A stretch of DNA of 64,000 bases from contig JBFWJC010000001.1 of NCBI GenBank assembly GCA_050253415.1, forward strand, positions 904,679 to 968,678, written 5' to 3'. Under the pieces are notes generated by a model, which was not told the DNA's origin, ran no database searches, and worked only from the letters and a program-made list of their open reading frames with translations. This document shows, piece after piece, positions 48,840 to 59,897 of this stretch (the stretch's first letter is position 1; every line of letters starts with the position of its first letter). Both the position numbers and the translations under genes were made by a program. Origin of the DNA: Pedobacter sp. GTDB taxonomy: Bacteria > Desulfobacterota > Desulfuromonadia > Desulfuromonadales > Syntrophotaleaceae.

Positions 48840-50141
48840 ATGGACTTCAACACATTTGATTTTCACCCGCAGATCGCCAAAGGCATTGTTGCCGCGGGTT
48901 ATGTTTCACCGACACCGATACAGGCTCAGGCCATACCCTCTGTTCTGGCCGGCCGGGATGTTATGGGCCTGGCCCAGACCGGTACGGGTAAGACTGCTGC
49001 TTTTGCGCTGCCGATATTGCAGCGCCTGATAAAAGGTTCCCGAGGCGGTGTGCGTGCCTTGGTGGTTGCGCCCACACGCGAACTGGCCGAACAGATTCAT
49101 CAAGCAATTAGCGATCTGGGGGCAGAAACCGGATTGCGAAGCATGACGATTTATGGCGGCGTCAACATCCGGCCGCAAATCACCGCGCTGAAACGAGGCG
49201 TTGACATTGTGGTGGCCTGCCCCGGCCGTTTGATCGATCACATCGGCCAGGGGACCATCGATCTTTCAAAGGTTGAGGCGCTGGTGCTGGACGAAGCCGA
49301 CCAGATGTTCGATATGGGCTTCTTCCCCGCAATTCGGCGCATTCTGCAAAATTTGCCTAAAAAGCGGCAGACACTGTTGTTTTCCGCCACCATGCCCGAT
49401 GAAATCCGGCGGTTGTCCGCCGAAGTTCTGTTTCAGCCGGTGACTGTGCAGGTCGGAAATACCGCTCCGGCCGAAACCGTCAGCCATGCCCTGTATCCGG
49501 TTGCTCAACATCAAAAAACCGCCATGTTGCTGGAATTGCTTTCGGGAGACAGTACCGAGTCGGTGCTGGTCTTTACCCGCACCAAGCACCGCGCCAAGCG
49601 GTTGGGTTTGCAACTCGACAAGGCTGGGTATCGGGCTGCTTCCTTGCAGGGCAACCTATCCCAGTCCCGCCGCCAGGAGGCCTTGTCGGGGTTTCGTGAC
49701 GGGAAATACCAGGTTTTGGTAGCGACCGATATTGCCGCGCGTGGCATCGACGTATCCCAGGTATCCCATGTCATCAATTATGATATTCCCGACACTCCCG
49801 AGGCCTATGTGCATCGCATCGGCCGTACCGGCCGGGCATCACGCAAAGGCGACGCTTATACGCTGGTTTCCGGCGAGGATAATGCGATGGTTCGGGCTAT
49901 TGAAAAAGTATTGAAGGCCCCTATTGAGCGCCGCACCATCGATGGTTTTGATTACAATGCTCCGGCTCCGCCGCGGGCTGCCGATGGCGATCGTGATAAT
50001 GCCGCAAGGCGGACTCCGCGGGGTGGAAAATCCTCCAAGCCTGCAGCAGGAAAAGCTGGCGGGCAAGCGCGCCGGCAACGTTCATCCAGCTCTGCTCCGT
50101 CGCGCAGCAACTCAAGCAGGGGGCGCAAACCCGCCCAGTAA
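48840..50141 (+). CDS. rhlE: DEAD-box RNA helicase (RhlE-like)
   Basis: Q motif, AQTGTGKT, PTRELA, DEAD, SAT, ARGID, HRIGRTGR; basic tail. Confidence 0.93.
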   Translation: MDFNTFDFHPQIAKGIVAAGYVSPTPIQAQAIPSVLAGRDVMGLAQTGTGKTAAFALPILQRLIKGSRGGVRALVVAPTRELAEQIHQAISDLGAETGLRSMTIYGGVNIRPQITALKRGVDIVVACPGRLIDHIGQGTIDLSKVEALVLDEADQMFDMGFFPAIRRILQNLPKKRQTLLFSATMPDEIRRLSAEVLFQPVTVQVGNTAPAETVSHALYPVAQHQKTAMLLELLSGDSTESVLVFTRTKHRAKRLGLQLDKAGYRAASLQGNLSQSRRQEALSGFRDGKYQVLVATDIAARGIDVSQVSHVINYDIPDTPEAYVHRIGRTGRASRKGDAYTLVSGEDNAMVRAIEKVLKAPIERRTIDGFDYNAPAPPRAADGDRDNAARRTPRGGKSSKPAAGKAGGQARRQRSSSSAPSRSNSSRGRKPAQ

Positions 50142-50184
50142 CGATAGTTAGCTCGGTAGGATAAGGGCAGTGGATAAAAAAATA

Positions 50185-50219
50185 AAAAGGGATCGGCTTG
50201 AAAAAGCCGATCCCTTTTT
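50185..50219. terminator. Bidirectional intrinsic terminator
   Basis: AAAAGGGATCGGCTT-GAAA-AAGCCGATCCCTTTT. Confidence 0.85.
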
Positions 50220-50245
50220 ACGTTAAGAGGTCGTGACGAAAGCTG

Positions 50246-50860
50246 TCAATCCCGAACCAGAGCGATACGTAACCCCAGCGCAATCATTGCACCGCCGAAA
50301 ATGCGATTGATAAGGGTGTTGAAGCGGGACAGACTGCGTCTTATCAACGCATGCTGAACGAGCAGTGTAAATAGTGACCATCCGCACAAGGAGGTTAGTA
50401 CGATGACTGCCCCATAGGTGGTTTTCATCCATGATGAATCGTGCGGATCGATGAACTGGGTGAATATGCTGAAAATATAGATGGTGACCTTGGGGTTGAG
50501 AAGGTTGCAGAAAAAACCATCGCGTAGGCCTTGCATGGCTGATCGGTGCACCAGGGATTCAAAGTCATCCAGATTGAGGGCGCCACGAAATTTGAGAGCT
50601 CTGATACCAATAAAGACCAGATAGCCTGCACCGAGCAGGCGCACTGCATCGTAAATATAAATGTTTCGCGTGATCAACCAGGCCAGCCCGGCAACCGCCA
50701 GCGTGACATGGACCAGCAAACCGCCACAGATACCGAGCACCGTGGCAAATCCGACCCGGCGGCCTCCGGTCAGACCGTTGCGGATCAGTAGCAACATGTC
50801 CGGGCCGGGACTGGCCATGGCGATCAGGGTGATGCCGGCAAGCAATGCGAACTTTTCCAT
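50246..50860 (-). CDS. LysE/RhtB family translocator
   Basis: SPGPDMLL, GAGYLVFIG, NLLNPK. Confidence 0.92.
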   Translation of the reverse strand: MEKFALLAGITLIAMASPGPDMLLLIRNGLTGGRRVGFATVLGICGGLLVHVTLAVAGLAWLITRNIYIYDAVRLLGAGYLVFIGIRALKFRGALNLDDFESLVHRSAMQGLRDGFFCNLLNPKVTIYIFSIFTQFIDPHDSSWMKTTYGAVIVLTSLCGWSLFTLLVQHALIRRSLSRFNTLINRIFGGAMIALGLRIALVRD

Positions 50861-51271
50861 GACAGGCAGCCTTTTATGATTAGGTGGATATTGATGGCCT
50901 TTTAACCGGAAAAGCCTAACGTATTTATTGATTCTCAGCAAGACTTCGTGTGTTTTAGGAACGTCATCTGTATTGCTTGAGAATGGTTCTTTGGGTGTGG
51001 TTTGGCTGAGAAATGGGAATTATTGCCAATAAGGGAATTATTGATTTGCGTTTTATCAATGTCTATCTGGATAAAATTTTATCTGATTAGTGTTAACAGT
51101 GTTTTGCCCTGATGAAGAGAGTGACTTCCTCGACCTCCAGCCTTGTTTGATGATTTTTTGCGACAGATAATGGTACCTGCCAGGTCATGTATTTTTAAAA
51201 CAAAGTTATTATTAAAATGATTGACAATGTCTGTATATGAATTAGTTTCTGTAAAAAATAAGTTCATAACA

Positions 51272-51358
51272 ATGTGATCGATAATAGCAAAGCCGGGGTA
51301 ACTCGGTGACGCAAAACTGCGGGTCCCGATTGGGATAGCCGGGTTGCCGAAATCATAT
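51272..51358 (+). ncRNA. GEMM-I riboswitch, A20 variant (predicted 3',3'-cGAMP binder)
   Basis: CGATAATAGCAAAGCCGGG-GTAA-CTCGGTGACGCAAAACTGCGGGTCCC..GGGATAGCCGGGTTGCCGAAATCAT; P1 ATGTGAT/ATCATAT; A20 equivalent at 51286. Confidence 0.92.
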
Positions 51359-51396
51359 GGATAATTATAAAGGTTTTCCCAATAGAGATGTTGATG

Positions 51397-51440
51397 ATGC
51401 CCGCTACCGGCTATGTCCTGGTTGCGGGCATTTATTGTTT
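51397..51440 (+). terminator. Riboswitch expression-platform terminator upstream of MCP
   Basis: ATGCCCGCTACCGG..CTGGTTGCGGGCAT followed by TTATTGTTT. Confidence 0.7.
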
Positions 51441-51564
51441 AAAGTCTCATCGATATTTGAATTGAGGTTGTTTTTGTCTGCTATGTGTCTGTCGCTTGAG
51501 TGTTCCAAAAAGTGAATTTTGATAGCTTTTTCAGGCTTGCTTTAACCACAGAAGGAGAAGGTCC

Positions 51565-53655
51565 ATGAAGTTGCGCACGCAATTGTTAATGCCGACGCTA
51601 GCGGTAATTATCCTGTGTCTGTCCGTTTCGGGTTTCGTGACCTACCGGATCGCCAAAAATGCCTTGCAGGAGGCGTTGCAGGGGCAAATGATTTTGGCAA
51701 CGGAGAGCGTGCGGGATCAGATCAACGGCTATATCGGTGAACTGACCCGGACCTTCAAAACCTTGACCGGGCGCAATGTGGTGCAGCAGGTGCTTGCCGA
51801 TAACGCCGACGCCAGCGCCGGCCAGGCTGCTGAGCTGGTTTTACGAAAAATGTTGGCGGATTACCCGGATCAGTTTGAGTTCCTGGCGGTTATCGGACTG
51901 GACGGTATGGCCAAGGCGGCTTCGGATGGCAACCTGGTCGGGACCTTGAATGTGCGTGATCGTGGCTATTTCCAAAGTGCTTTGTCGGGGAAAACCGGAA
52001 CCGAAATTGTGCAGAGCCGCGCCAGCGGCCAACCGGTTATGATTCTGTCTTATCCCGTGAGCGTCGATGGCCGGGTGGCTGGTGCCTGCATCGGGGCCAT
52101 TCAAATGAGTTATTTTGCCAACCATTTCGTAAGTCCGGTGCGCATCGGACAGAAGGGTTACGCCTACCTTGTGGATGACACCGGAACGTTTCTTGCCCAT
52201 CCGGAAAAATCCAAGGTATTCAATGCCTCCATTGCCGATTCCGACTGGGGCAAACAGATGCTCGCCGAAAAAAACGGTTTTCTCGTCTATGCATGGGAAG
52301 GTCAGGAAAAGGTCATAGCGTTTCGCCATATCGATGAGGCTGGTTGGCAGGTGGCAGCCGGAGCTGAGTATAAAGATATTTTTGCGCCCCTTTCAGGTAT
52401 CCTGCAGGGCAATATATGGGCTGCGGTTCTGACCCTGCTGGGTGTATCCTTGGTCCTTTTCATGGTTGTTCGCTCGATTGTGAAAGCGGTTCGTGCCGGC
52501 GTGGATCTGGCTATGGATATCCGTGCCGGAGATGTCAGTCGTCGTTTGCACTTCAAGCGTGGAGATGAGATCGGCGAGCTGGCCGGTGCTCTCGACCAGA
52601 TGGCGCAAGGGCTTGAAGAAAAAGCTCTGTTGGCGGAAAAAGTTGCGGGGGGCGATCTTACGGTTGATATTCACATGGCCTCGGATCGGGACCGCCTCGG
52701 TATCAGTCTCACGCAGATGGTGCGGCGACTCAGCGATATGATGGCTCAGGTGCAGTCGGCAAGCGAGCAGATCGCGGCCGGTTCGCTGCAGGTGGCGGAC
52801 GGCAGTCAGACCTTGTCCCAAGGCGCCACGGAGTCGGCAGCCAGCCTGGAGGAGATCTCCGCATCGATGATGCAGCTCGCGTCCCAGACCCGCTCAAATG
52901 CCGAGAATGCCAAACAGGCCAATATGCTGACCGGCGAAGCCCAGGCCGCTGGTCAGGAAGGCGACCGCCAGATGGAGACATTGATTGCCGCCATGCGGGA
53001 TATTAATCATTCGTCCGACAGTATCACCAAGATCATCAAGGTCATTGACGAGATTGCCTTTCAAACCAACCTGCTGGCCTTGAATGCGGCGGTCGAGGCG
53101 GCACGGGCCGGACAGCATGGCAAGGGGTTTGCGGTGGTGGCCGAAGAGGTGCGAAATCTGGCGGCACGGAGCGCCAAGGCCGCCAAGGAAACGGCGGAAC
53201 TTATAGAGGATTCCACGGTTAAAACCGTTCGTGGTGTGGAAATTGCCGACAGGACCGCAGTGTCCCTGAAAACGATTGTTACGGGTACGGCCAAGGTCTC
53301 GGATCTGGTTGCGGAGATTGCCGCAGCCTCGCAGGAGCAATCAGCTGGCATTGATCAGGTCAGCAAAGGCCTTGATCAGATTGAGACAGTTACGCAGCAG
53401 GCGACGGCCAATGCCGAAGAGAGCGCCGCTGCCGCCGAGGAACTGTCGGGACAGGCGGATCACTTACGACGCCTGCTTGCCGTATTCAAGGTCAAGGGAG
53501 GGCAAAAGCCGGTTGCTGTCAGCGATCAAAGGCCAAAAATCCAACCTGCGGTCAATCTGTCTGTGAAGCCTCGTCAACTCCAGGTGGCTGCTGCAACCGA
53601 GCGTCGCCCGGAGCAAATCATCGCTCTCGATGATGCGGATATGGGCCGATACTAA
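51565..53655 (+). CDS. Methyl-accepting chemotaxis protein (dCache) with C-terminal pentapeptide-like tail
   Basis: TM-Cache-[26 protein letters not shown], ends [11 protein letters not shown]. Confidence 0.97.
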   Translation: MKLRTQLLMPTLAVIILCLSVSGFVTYRIAKNALQEALQGQMILATESVRDQINGYIGELTRTFKTLTGRNVVQQVLADNADASAGQAAELVLRKMLADYPDQFEFLAVIGLDGMAKAASDGNLVGTLNVRDRGYFQSALSGKTGTEIVQSRASGQPVMILSYPVSVDGRVAGACIGAIQMSYFANHFVSPVRIGQKGYAYLVDDTGTFLAHPEKSKVFNASIADSDWGKQMLAEKNGFLVYAWEGQEKVIAFRHIDEAGWQVAAGAEYKDIFAPLSGILQGNIWAAVLTLLGVSLVLFMVVRSIVKAVRAGVDLAMDIRAGDVSRRLHFKRGDEIGELAGALDQMAQGLEEKALLAEKVAGGDLTVDIHMASDRDRLGISLTQMVRRLSDMMAQVQSASEQIAAGSLQVADGSQTLSQGATESAASLEEISASMMQLASQTRSNAENAKQANMLTGEAQAAGQEGDRQMETLIAAMRDINHSSDSITKIIKVIDEIAFQTNLLALNAAVEAARAGQHGKGFAVVAEEVRNLAARSAKAAKETAELIEDSTVKTVRGVEIADRTAVSLKTIVTGTAKVSDLVAEIAAASQEQSAGIDQVSKGLDQIETVTQQATANAEESAAAAEELSGQADHLRRLLAVFKVKGGQKPVAVSDQRPKIQPAVNLSVKPRQLQVAAATERRPEQIIALDDADMGRY

Positions 53656-53670
53656 CCAGAAAAAACCATG

Positions 53671-53713
53671 AAAAAAAGCCCGGCAGCGCTATCCTGCGCA
53701 GCCGGGCTTTTTT
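53671..53713 (+). terminator. Intrinsic terminator
   Basis: AAAAAAAGCCCGGC...GCCGGGCTTTTTT. Confidence 0.8.
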
Positions 53714-53868
53714 ATGGACATTTAATCGTCGCGATTCAGCAGATTTGCTTAAGGCAAGGCATGTCAGACCGCTTGCCTTGTGTGGTGGAATGGAGTTAGG
53801 GTGTCAGCATTCATGCGGTCGCATAACGTGGCTGCCGTGGCGAGTCTGATGCCGATGAAGGATAGAGC

Positions 53869-54771
53869 ATGTTTCGTAAAAAGGACGCGATTTTACTGTT
53901 AACCAGCTACGGGACGATGGCGCTGGGCATATTCCTGCCGCAACTTGCTGATCCTTTGCGTTATGCACCGGTGGGCTTTGTCATGTTGTTGTTACTGCTG
54001 TCGTTTCTTGCTATCGATGTGCGAGGTTTGTTGATCCATGCCTTGAAAGCGCCCCTGGCTACCGCCGGGTTGCTGGTGGTGAAAACCGTGCTGATGCCGT
54101 TAGCGATGTATGTCCTGTTCCATTTTGCCTGGGCGGGTTATGAACTTGCTGCCCTGTTGGTTGCCGGCGCATCAACTGCCGTGCTGGCGCCATTTTTCGC
54201 CAATCTGTTTGATGCCGATATTGTCTTGACGGCCGCTGTGGTAATTCTGTCTTCGCTGTTGCTGCCCTTTACTTTGCCACCCCTTGTTTGGGGGCTTGCC
54301 GGTAAGGCCATGCAGGTTGGTGTTCTGCCCATGGTGCAGATGTTGGCGCTGATGATTTTCGTGCCTGCTGTGCTGGGGCGGGCCTGCGCCCGATGGATGC
54401 CAGGCACCACCCAGTGGTTGCTGGGCAACAGTTATCCCCTGTCTCTGTTGGCCGTTGGACTGACCAATGTCGGGGTTTTTTCCCGCTATTCGGAGTATTT
54501 TCTCGAGACCCCGCAGCAGGCGTTGGAGGCCATGGCTGCCGGCAGTGTGATGGTCGTTTGTCTGATGGCCCTGGCAGGTTGGTTCTTGCGTCGCATGGAA
54601 CCCGTTATGCGATCCACGTCCCTGGTGTGTCTGTTGTTCCCGAACTACATTCTGGTGCTGGCTTTCAGTTGCCAGTTTTTCGGGCCCCTGGAGGCTACCT
54701 TCGCGGCAACGTACAGTGTGCCTTTTTTCCTGCAGCTGCTGTTTTTTCGCAAGGTCGGGGGGCTTCGATAG
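53869..54771 (+). CDS. Bile acid:sodium symporter-like membrane transporter
   Basis: About 9-10 TM, LLLPFTLP and IFVPAVLG BASS-like motifs. Confidence 0.7.
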   Translation: MFRKKDAILLLTSYGTMALGIFLPQLADPLRYAPVGFVMLLLLLSFLAIDVRGLLIHALKAPLATAGLLVVKTVLMPLAMYVLFHFAWAGYELAALLVAGASTAVLAPFFANLFDADIVLTAAVVILSSLLLPFTLPPLVWGLAGKAMQVGVLPMVQMLALMIFVPAVLGRACARWMPGTTQWLLGNSYPLSLLAVGLTNVGVFSRYSEYFLETPQQALEAMAAGSVMVVCLMALAGWFLRRMEPVMRSTSLVCLLFPNYILVLAFSCQFFGPLEATFAATYSVPFFLQLLFFRKVGGLR

Positions 54772-54849
54772 CTTGGTTCGTCTATCCGCACAATAGGATG
54801 TTTGCAAAAACATTGGGCCGGTCTTTGAACCGGCCCTGCTTCGTTGACC

Positions 54850-55362
54850 TTACTCGATGACCGTGACTTTGGTGATGACCACCGGCTCCAGGGGAACGTT
54901 CTCGAATCCTGCCGTTGTTCCTGTGGCGACCCGTTCGATTTCATAGATGACATCCATGCCATCCACCACCTGTCCGAATACGGCGTAGCCGTACATCGCG
55001 GGACTCAATCCGGCATGATCCAGGTCCCGATTGTCTTCCGTGTTGATAAAGAACTGGGCGCGTGCGCTGTCCACATCTTCGGTACGCGCCATGGCGATGG
55101 TGCCGGTTTTGTTTCTAAGCTTATTGCGGGCTTCGTTGACGATCGGCTCACCGGTCGGTTTTTCCGTCATGTCAGCGGTCAGGCCGCCGCCCTGGATCAT
55201 AAAGCCTTTGATGACCCGGTGAAAGATGGTTCCGTCGTAATGGCCGGCTTTGGCGTAATGGAGAAAATTCCCTACACTGATGGGGGCTTTGGCGATATCC
55301 AGTTCCAGCAGGATTTCGCCGAAGTTCGTTTCCATTTGAATCAAAGGATTCGAAACACTCAT
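54850..55362 (-). CDS. Cyclophilin-type peptidyl-prolyl cis-trans isomerase
   Basis: YDGTIFHRVIKGFMIQGGG, GTIAMAR, AQFFIN, GYAVFGQVVDGMDV. Confidence 0.96.
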   Translation of the reverse strand: MSVSNPLIQMETNFGEILLELDIAKAPISVGNFLHYAKAGHYDGTIFHRVIKGFMIQGGGLTADMTEKPTGEPIVNEARNKLRNKTGTIAMARTEDVDSARAQFFINTEDNRDLDHAGLSPAMYGYAVFGQVVDGMDVIYEIERVATGTTAGFENVPLEPVVITKVTVIE

Positions 55363-55512
55363 GTTGTAATACCTCCGGTGTTGTCATCTAGATATTGGTT
55401 GGCGGCAGAATTATAGGGGAGATTCGGGTCGGGGGGGAAGGGTAAATATATGTCGATTATATGCCTGCTATGCCGGTTGCCCTGGATCGGTCTGGAAAAC
55501 CCATGCTGGCAT

Positions 55513-55869
55513 TTACGCTGAAGGTGATTGCTTGCCGTTATCATGAGGGCTTCTGCGACTGTCCCAAAGGTGCCGCATGGCCAGCCAGGGATGTCGCCAC
55601 AGCATGCGCGGTCCGGCAAAGCTCATGACCTTGCGAATCCTTGTCCGCTCCGTTGGTGCGTGGCAATTGTGCGGGCACTTGCCACAAGCTGGCTTGGCGT
55701 TGCCGAAGGGGCATTTTCCCAGGCGAATGCAGGTGTTTAGCAGCAGCTGGTGACATTCGGCACATAACTGTTGGCCGGTGCCGTGGTGGGCGCGGCAATA
55801 GATACGAAGCATCAGCTCAAAGGTACGTTGTTCCCGCTCGATACGATTTAAGGACTTTTCCCGTGCCAT
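55513..55869 (-). CDS. YgbA-family (nitrous oxide-stimulated promoter family) protein
   Basis: IYCRAHH..LCAEC..CPFG..KPAC.KC..C..MSFAGPRML..HP. Confidence 0.88.
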   Translation of the reverse strand: MAREKSLNRIEREQRTFELMLRIYCRAHHGTGQQLCAECHQLLLNTCIRLGKCPFGNAKPACGKCPHNCHAPTERTRIRKVMSFAGPRMLWRHPWLAMRHLWDSRRSPHDNGKQSPSA

Positions 55870-56110
55870 GGATCATGCCTGGGTGAAGGGTTTGTCGGAC
55901 AACACGAATCGTCTCCGCATGAAGAAAAATAGCGTTGTTGCTGTCAGACCTTCTACCATGATTGGAGGTTAAATCGCAACGACGATGCATCATTGAGTAA
56001 AGCCGTAGCGTTGGGCAAGGCAGTTTTGTGGTTTGACAAGCTCTTATGCCATGGTTCAATTGACAACGTTATCCAGGTCCTATGTCCAACCATACTCAAT
56101 GAGGTGTGAC

Positions 56111-56299
56111 ATGCATATCAACGAAGTGCGAGCCCGGGCCAAGGCTGCTGGACTCAACGGTGTCGGAAAGATGCGTAGAGCGGACATTATTCTTCAGATT
56201 CAGCGGGAGGAAAATAATACCCCTTGCTTTGGTTCGGAGCAGCGCAAAGATTGCCCCTACGAAACCTGCTGCTGGCGCGGCGATTGTCTGCAGATCTGA
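56111..56299 (+). CDS. Small SAP/Rho-N-like protein with C-terminal Cys cluster
   Basis: EVRARAK..G..M..ADII..IQ..E.N..CF..C..CCWR.DC; GAGG RBS. Confidence 0.78.
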   Translation: MHINEVRARAKAAGLNGVGKMRRADIILQIQREENNTPCFGSEQRKDCPYETCCWRGDCLQI

Positions 56300-56435
56300 A
56301 GACCCTGTGTCGTGCCCATGCCGATAGTTCGAGCCATGACGTCTGAGCTATTTGGGGTGCTGTAAGGTCGGATTACTCAGGCAGCACCCCGTGACTTCAT
56401 GAATGGCAGGTACGATACCCGTCGCCCTCCGGAGG

Positions 56436-57113
56436 CTAAAACTTGTAACTGACCCCCATGGAGATAACGGGGTAGTAGCGGTAGCTGTCTAGATCGTCCT
56501 CGAGTTCGCGGCGTTCCTGCTCCAGTTCCGCTTGGAAGTCCAGATCGGATGCTATCGGACCGCTGGCCTTCAACGAGAGGTCCGTTTTGCCTTGAAATAC
56601 AACGCCGAGATCGCAAACGAAAGACCAGTGGGGGTTTTTTTCGGAGTTTCCCCAGCCGAGCCCAAGATAGGGGGCCAGGGTGTTGAAGGTGAGCTTGCCG
56701 GAAAGATCTCCCAGTTCTGACGAGGTATATTCCGTATCACCGATCGTATAAGTACTCTGCGATGTGGCAGCGACATTTGCTTTGTTCTTGTTGATCACCA
56801 GACCGGTGCTGATGCGGAATCCGCGGTGTGAAAAGGGATGCCAATCGAGCAGGATGGGGAACGATAGCAGTCTGACATCAAGATCATAGGCGATGTCATT
56901 TTGTGTCGTCTTGAGGTCGAAATTAAAGGCACTTATTCCAACCCTGGCATTGAGATGAGAGGAAATCCCCACCGTAGTATCGGCGCTGATGCCTAAGGTG
57001 CCCGGGCCGACGCCGATAGCAAAGTCGCCCGTATTCGCCGATGCGGTTTGCAGTGTCCCATATGCAAGACTGATCGAAATCAACCCAATCAATACCATTC
57101 TCTTGGCATTCAT
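56436..57113 (-). CDS. Outer membrane beta-barrel protein
   Basis: Signal peptide, GTLG, DWHPF, APYLGLGWG, C-terminal GVSYKF. Confidence 0.85.
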   Translation of the reverse strand: MNAKRMVLIGLISISLAYGTLQTASANTGDFAIGVGPGTLGISADTTVGISSHLNARVGISAFNFDLKTTQNDIAYDLDVRLLSFPILLDWHPFSHRGFRISTGLVINKNKANVAATSQSTYTIGDTEYTSSELGDLSGKLTFNTLAPYLGLGWGNSEKNPHWSFVCDLGVVFQGKTDLSLKASGPIASDLDFQAELEQERRELEDDLDSYRYYPVISMGVSYKF

Positions 57114-57631
57114 CGATCCCTCCCCGTATTCTATTCTTAAGTGGGCATACCTTTGGTGTTTTTCACGTTGGTTTCGTTCAACAGACCTGGCCCTTCGAGA
57201 ATGACTGCTAACGCAAGGCTCACGCCGGATTTCTTTTCATAGTGAATTTCTGGACGACGTAGTGCTTTACAGTGGTCGCCTTGCTTCGTCTGTTGCGGGT
57301 CGCCATAGGGGAAGAGTGTCTATTAAGTTTCTGAAATAATTCGGGATTGTTTGTGGTCGGAGGTTGAAGAGGAAAGGCTGCGTGAGGGAGGAAGATTGCC
57401 GGATTTATTTTGTTAATTTTATTTATTGGGATAAAAAGTTTATGTTTTTGCCAAATAGACAGATCTTTTTAGTGATATCGCCGCGATGGGGGACACTTTT
57501 TTGTATCCCCCGGGTTTCCATGCCATAAAATAATTTGGTAGGTAACGGCCGGGAGAGCTTTCCTCTCCCGGCTGTTGTTTTGTAAAGAGACCTTCTGGTT
57601 CCAAGGGAGGTCTCTGTCTTATCAGCGATGG

Positions 57632-58711
57632 TCATCCATTGCCTAACGATTCCCATACCTCAAGTTTTGTTTTGACCCGGCGAATGATCTCGTCGGTAAA
57701 ATCCGTAGTCGTGCAGCTGCCTCCCAGGTCGGGGGTGCTTACACCGCGATGCACGGCCTCGAAGACTGCTTCGTAAATAGCCCGTGAGGCGCGATGGGCG
57801 TCCGGGTTGGCGATATACCGCAACAGCGCTCCTCCGGCCAGAATCATGGCCATCGGGTTGGCGATGTTTTTACCCTGCAAAGACGGTGCGGTGCCATGGG
57901 GAGCCTCGGCCATAACCACTGCGGGGGTCCACTCCTCATCGAAAGACAGTAGCAGCGATTCTGCTCCTGCAATCGATCCGAACATCTGCAAAACGAAATC
58001 GCTCAGGCAGTCTCCGTCCCGATTCAGCGAGGGGATGACCATTCCGTCGCCGGCGTTGGTCAGCAGCAGGGCATAGGTGGCGTCGATCAGTTGCGGTTCA
58101 TAAATCACACCCGGATAGCGTTTGGCCGCTGCATCCATTTCTTCCTTAAGCATGCCCTCGTAAACCGGGCTGACGGTAAATTTGGGTCCTCCGAAAACCT
58201 TGACGCCGAGTTTTTGCGCATGCCGAAAGGCGAATTCGGCAACAGCATAGCAGTTGCGACGGGTAATGTATTCGGTTCGGGAGGCTACTTCATCCAGCCC
58301 TTTACCTTGCCGGGACTCCTGGGCGCCGTAAGCCCCCCCGACAGCCATTCGGACCACGGAGATCGGTGCATAAGCTCCGCCGGACGGGCGGATGCCGGGA
58401 ATGCGTCGCCCCGTACGGACGATGACGGTGCCGTTGACTTCATCGCGCAGAATGGCATTGGGGCTGCCGACATCCCCCTGGACTGCGGGGGTAATGGTGG
58501 CGGCTTTCAATCCCAGTCCGGTTTTTTTCATGGCCTCTGCGGCGGCATAAACAATCTTGTTTTTGGTTGCGCGTCGATTTTCCAAACTTAGATCGAAGTG
58601 TTCAAAATGTACCGGGATGCCGGTGACGGCGGGGTCCAGTACACGTAAACCTTCCAGGAGAAGTTCCTGGCCGGTCTGGTCGCCTTCCAGAACTGCTATG
58701 GTCGAAATCAT
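57632..58711 (-). CDS. Isocitrate/isopropylmalate dehydrogenase family protein
   Basis: EGDQTG.E, SPNAILR, GDCLSD, EAPHGTAP, ANPMAMILA, TPDLGG; GGAGG RBS before ATG 58711. Confidence 0.9.
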   Translation of the reverse strand: MISTIAVLEGDQTGQELLLEGLRVLDPAVTGIPVHFEHFDLSLENRRATKNKIVYAAAEAMKKTGLGLKAATITPAVQGDVGSPNAILRDEVNGTVIVRTGRRIPGIRPSGGAYAPISVVRMAVGGAYGAQESRQGKGLDEVASRTEYITRRNCYAVAEFAFRHAQKLGVKVFGGPKFTVSPVYEGMLKEEMDAAAKRYPGVIYEPQLIDATYALLLTNAGDGMVIPSLNRDGDCLSDFVLQMFGSIAGAESLLLSFDEEWTPAVVMAEAPHGTAPSLQGKNIANPMAMILAGGALLRYIANPDAHRASRAIYEAVFEAVHRGVSTPDLGGSCTTTDFTDEIIRRVKTKLEVWESLGNG

Positions 58712-58978
58712 GGGGCCTCCAGGGCGCTCGAAAAGAGAATCCAAGGTCGGTCGTTTTTTCGTGCCCATAATGGGTTTATTCATAATACAAGATAAGTACA
58801 TTGAACCGATGAACGATACCAACCCATCATATAGGAAAATAATCCTGTCACAAGCAGATTGTACCCTGTGGCGCGTATGTTGCCGGAAGGGTTTTATTTC
58901 AGCCGTGATGCAAGAACAGAGGCCTTTTGGGAAAAAAGGCTCTTCAGTCAATACCTGGTTTAGGGTATCCTGACGTTT

Positions 58979-59731
58979 ATGAATCTTACCTTGTCAAAAC
59001 AGATCAGTGTTGTCCTCGTTGAACCGCAGAGCCCCGGGAATATCGGCATGACGGCTCGAGCCATGGCCAACTTCGGGGTCAGCGACCTGCGCTTGGTCAA
59101 TCCCTGTCAGCATCTGCATCCCGAAGCGCGCAAGTTTGCGGTGGGTGCTGCTCCTTTGCTCGGTAAGGCGCGGATCTTTCCGGATCTGAGCGCGGCCCTG
59201 GCCGATTTGCCGATGGCGGTAGCGGCAACACGCCGTACCGGCAAGCTGCGCGGAGAGTTACTGGATGTTTCAACCGCCGCCTGCCTGGCTGCGAGCAGTC
59301 CGCCGGCCGAACGGGTAGGTCTGGTGTTCGGCCGAGAAGATTCCGGACTCACCAGCGAGGAAGTTTCCCTGTGTACGCACGCTGCCTCCATCGCCACGGC
59401 GCCCGAAGTCGGGTCCATAAATCTGGCCCAGGCGGTATTGGTGTTCCTGTACGAATTTACCCGACAACCCCTTGTTACGGGGAGTGCCCAATCGGTCCCG
59501 GCGGAACGGCCACCGCAGGCGGAGCTTGAGGAACTGTTTGCCCAGATGGAGCAGGTGCTGACGCAGATCGCCTTTCTCAACCCCAGCCGTCCTGCTGCCG
59601 TCATGAACCGTTTGCGCCGCATGATTCACCGCACTGATATCGATAAGCAGGAGCTTTCCCTGTTGCGGGGCATGTGGAGCCAGTTGCAGTGGAGCATTAA
59701 CGACTGGCGCGGTCGCAAGCGTGGCGGTTAA
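58979..59731 (+). CDS. trmJ: TrmJ/LasT family tRNA methyltransferase (SPOUT)
   Basis: VLVEPQSPGNIGMTARAMANFG, VFGREDSGLTSEE, SINLAQAV. Confidence 0.92.
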   Translation: MNLTLSKQISVVLVEPQSPGNIGMTARAMANFGVSDLRLVNPCQHLHPEARKFAVGAAPLLGKARIFPDLSAALADLPMAVAATRRTGKLRGELLDVSTAACLAASSPPAERVGLVFGREDSGLTSEEVSLCTHAASIATAPEVGSINLAQAVLVFLYEFTRQPLVTGSAQSVPAERPPQAELEELFAQMEQVLTQIAFLNPSRPAAVMNRLRRMIHRTDIDKQELSLLRGMWSQLQWSINDWRGRKRGG

Positions 59732-59897
59732 TCGCTCGTTGCATGGGACAGTATGGTTTCTTAAGACGTAGCGGATACTATGGTTCGCTGCCCCTTTTTT
59801 CGTTCTGGCGTAGTCCTTGCTCTCTTTAAGACAAATAGGAAGGTTTACTTCCCGACCGAGAGCTGTTTTAAGCATTTGAAGTTTGAGAAAGGACGGT

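Noticed and set aside
57488..57615. Three consecutive hairpins downstream of the dehydrogenase as an ncRNA
   Set aside because: No recognisable RNA family motif; explained as terminator or stabilising stems
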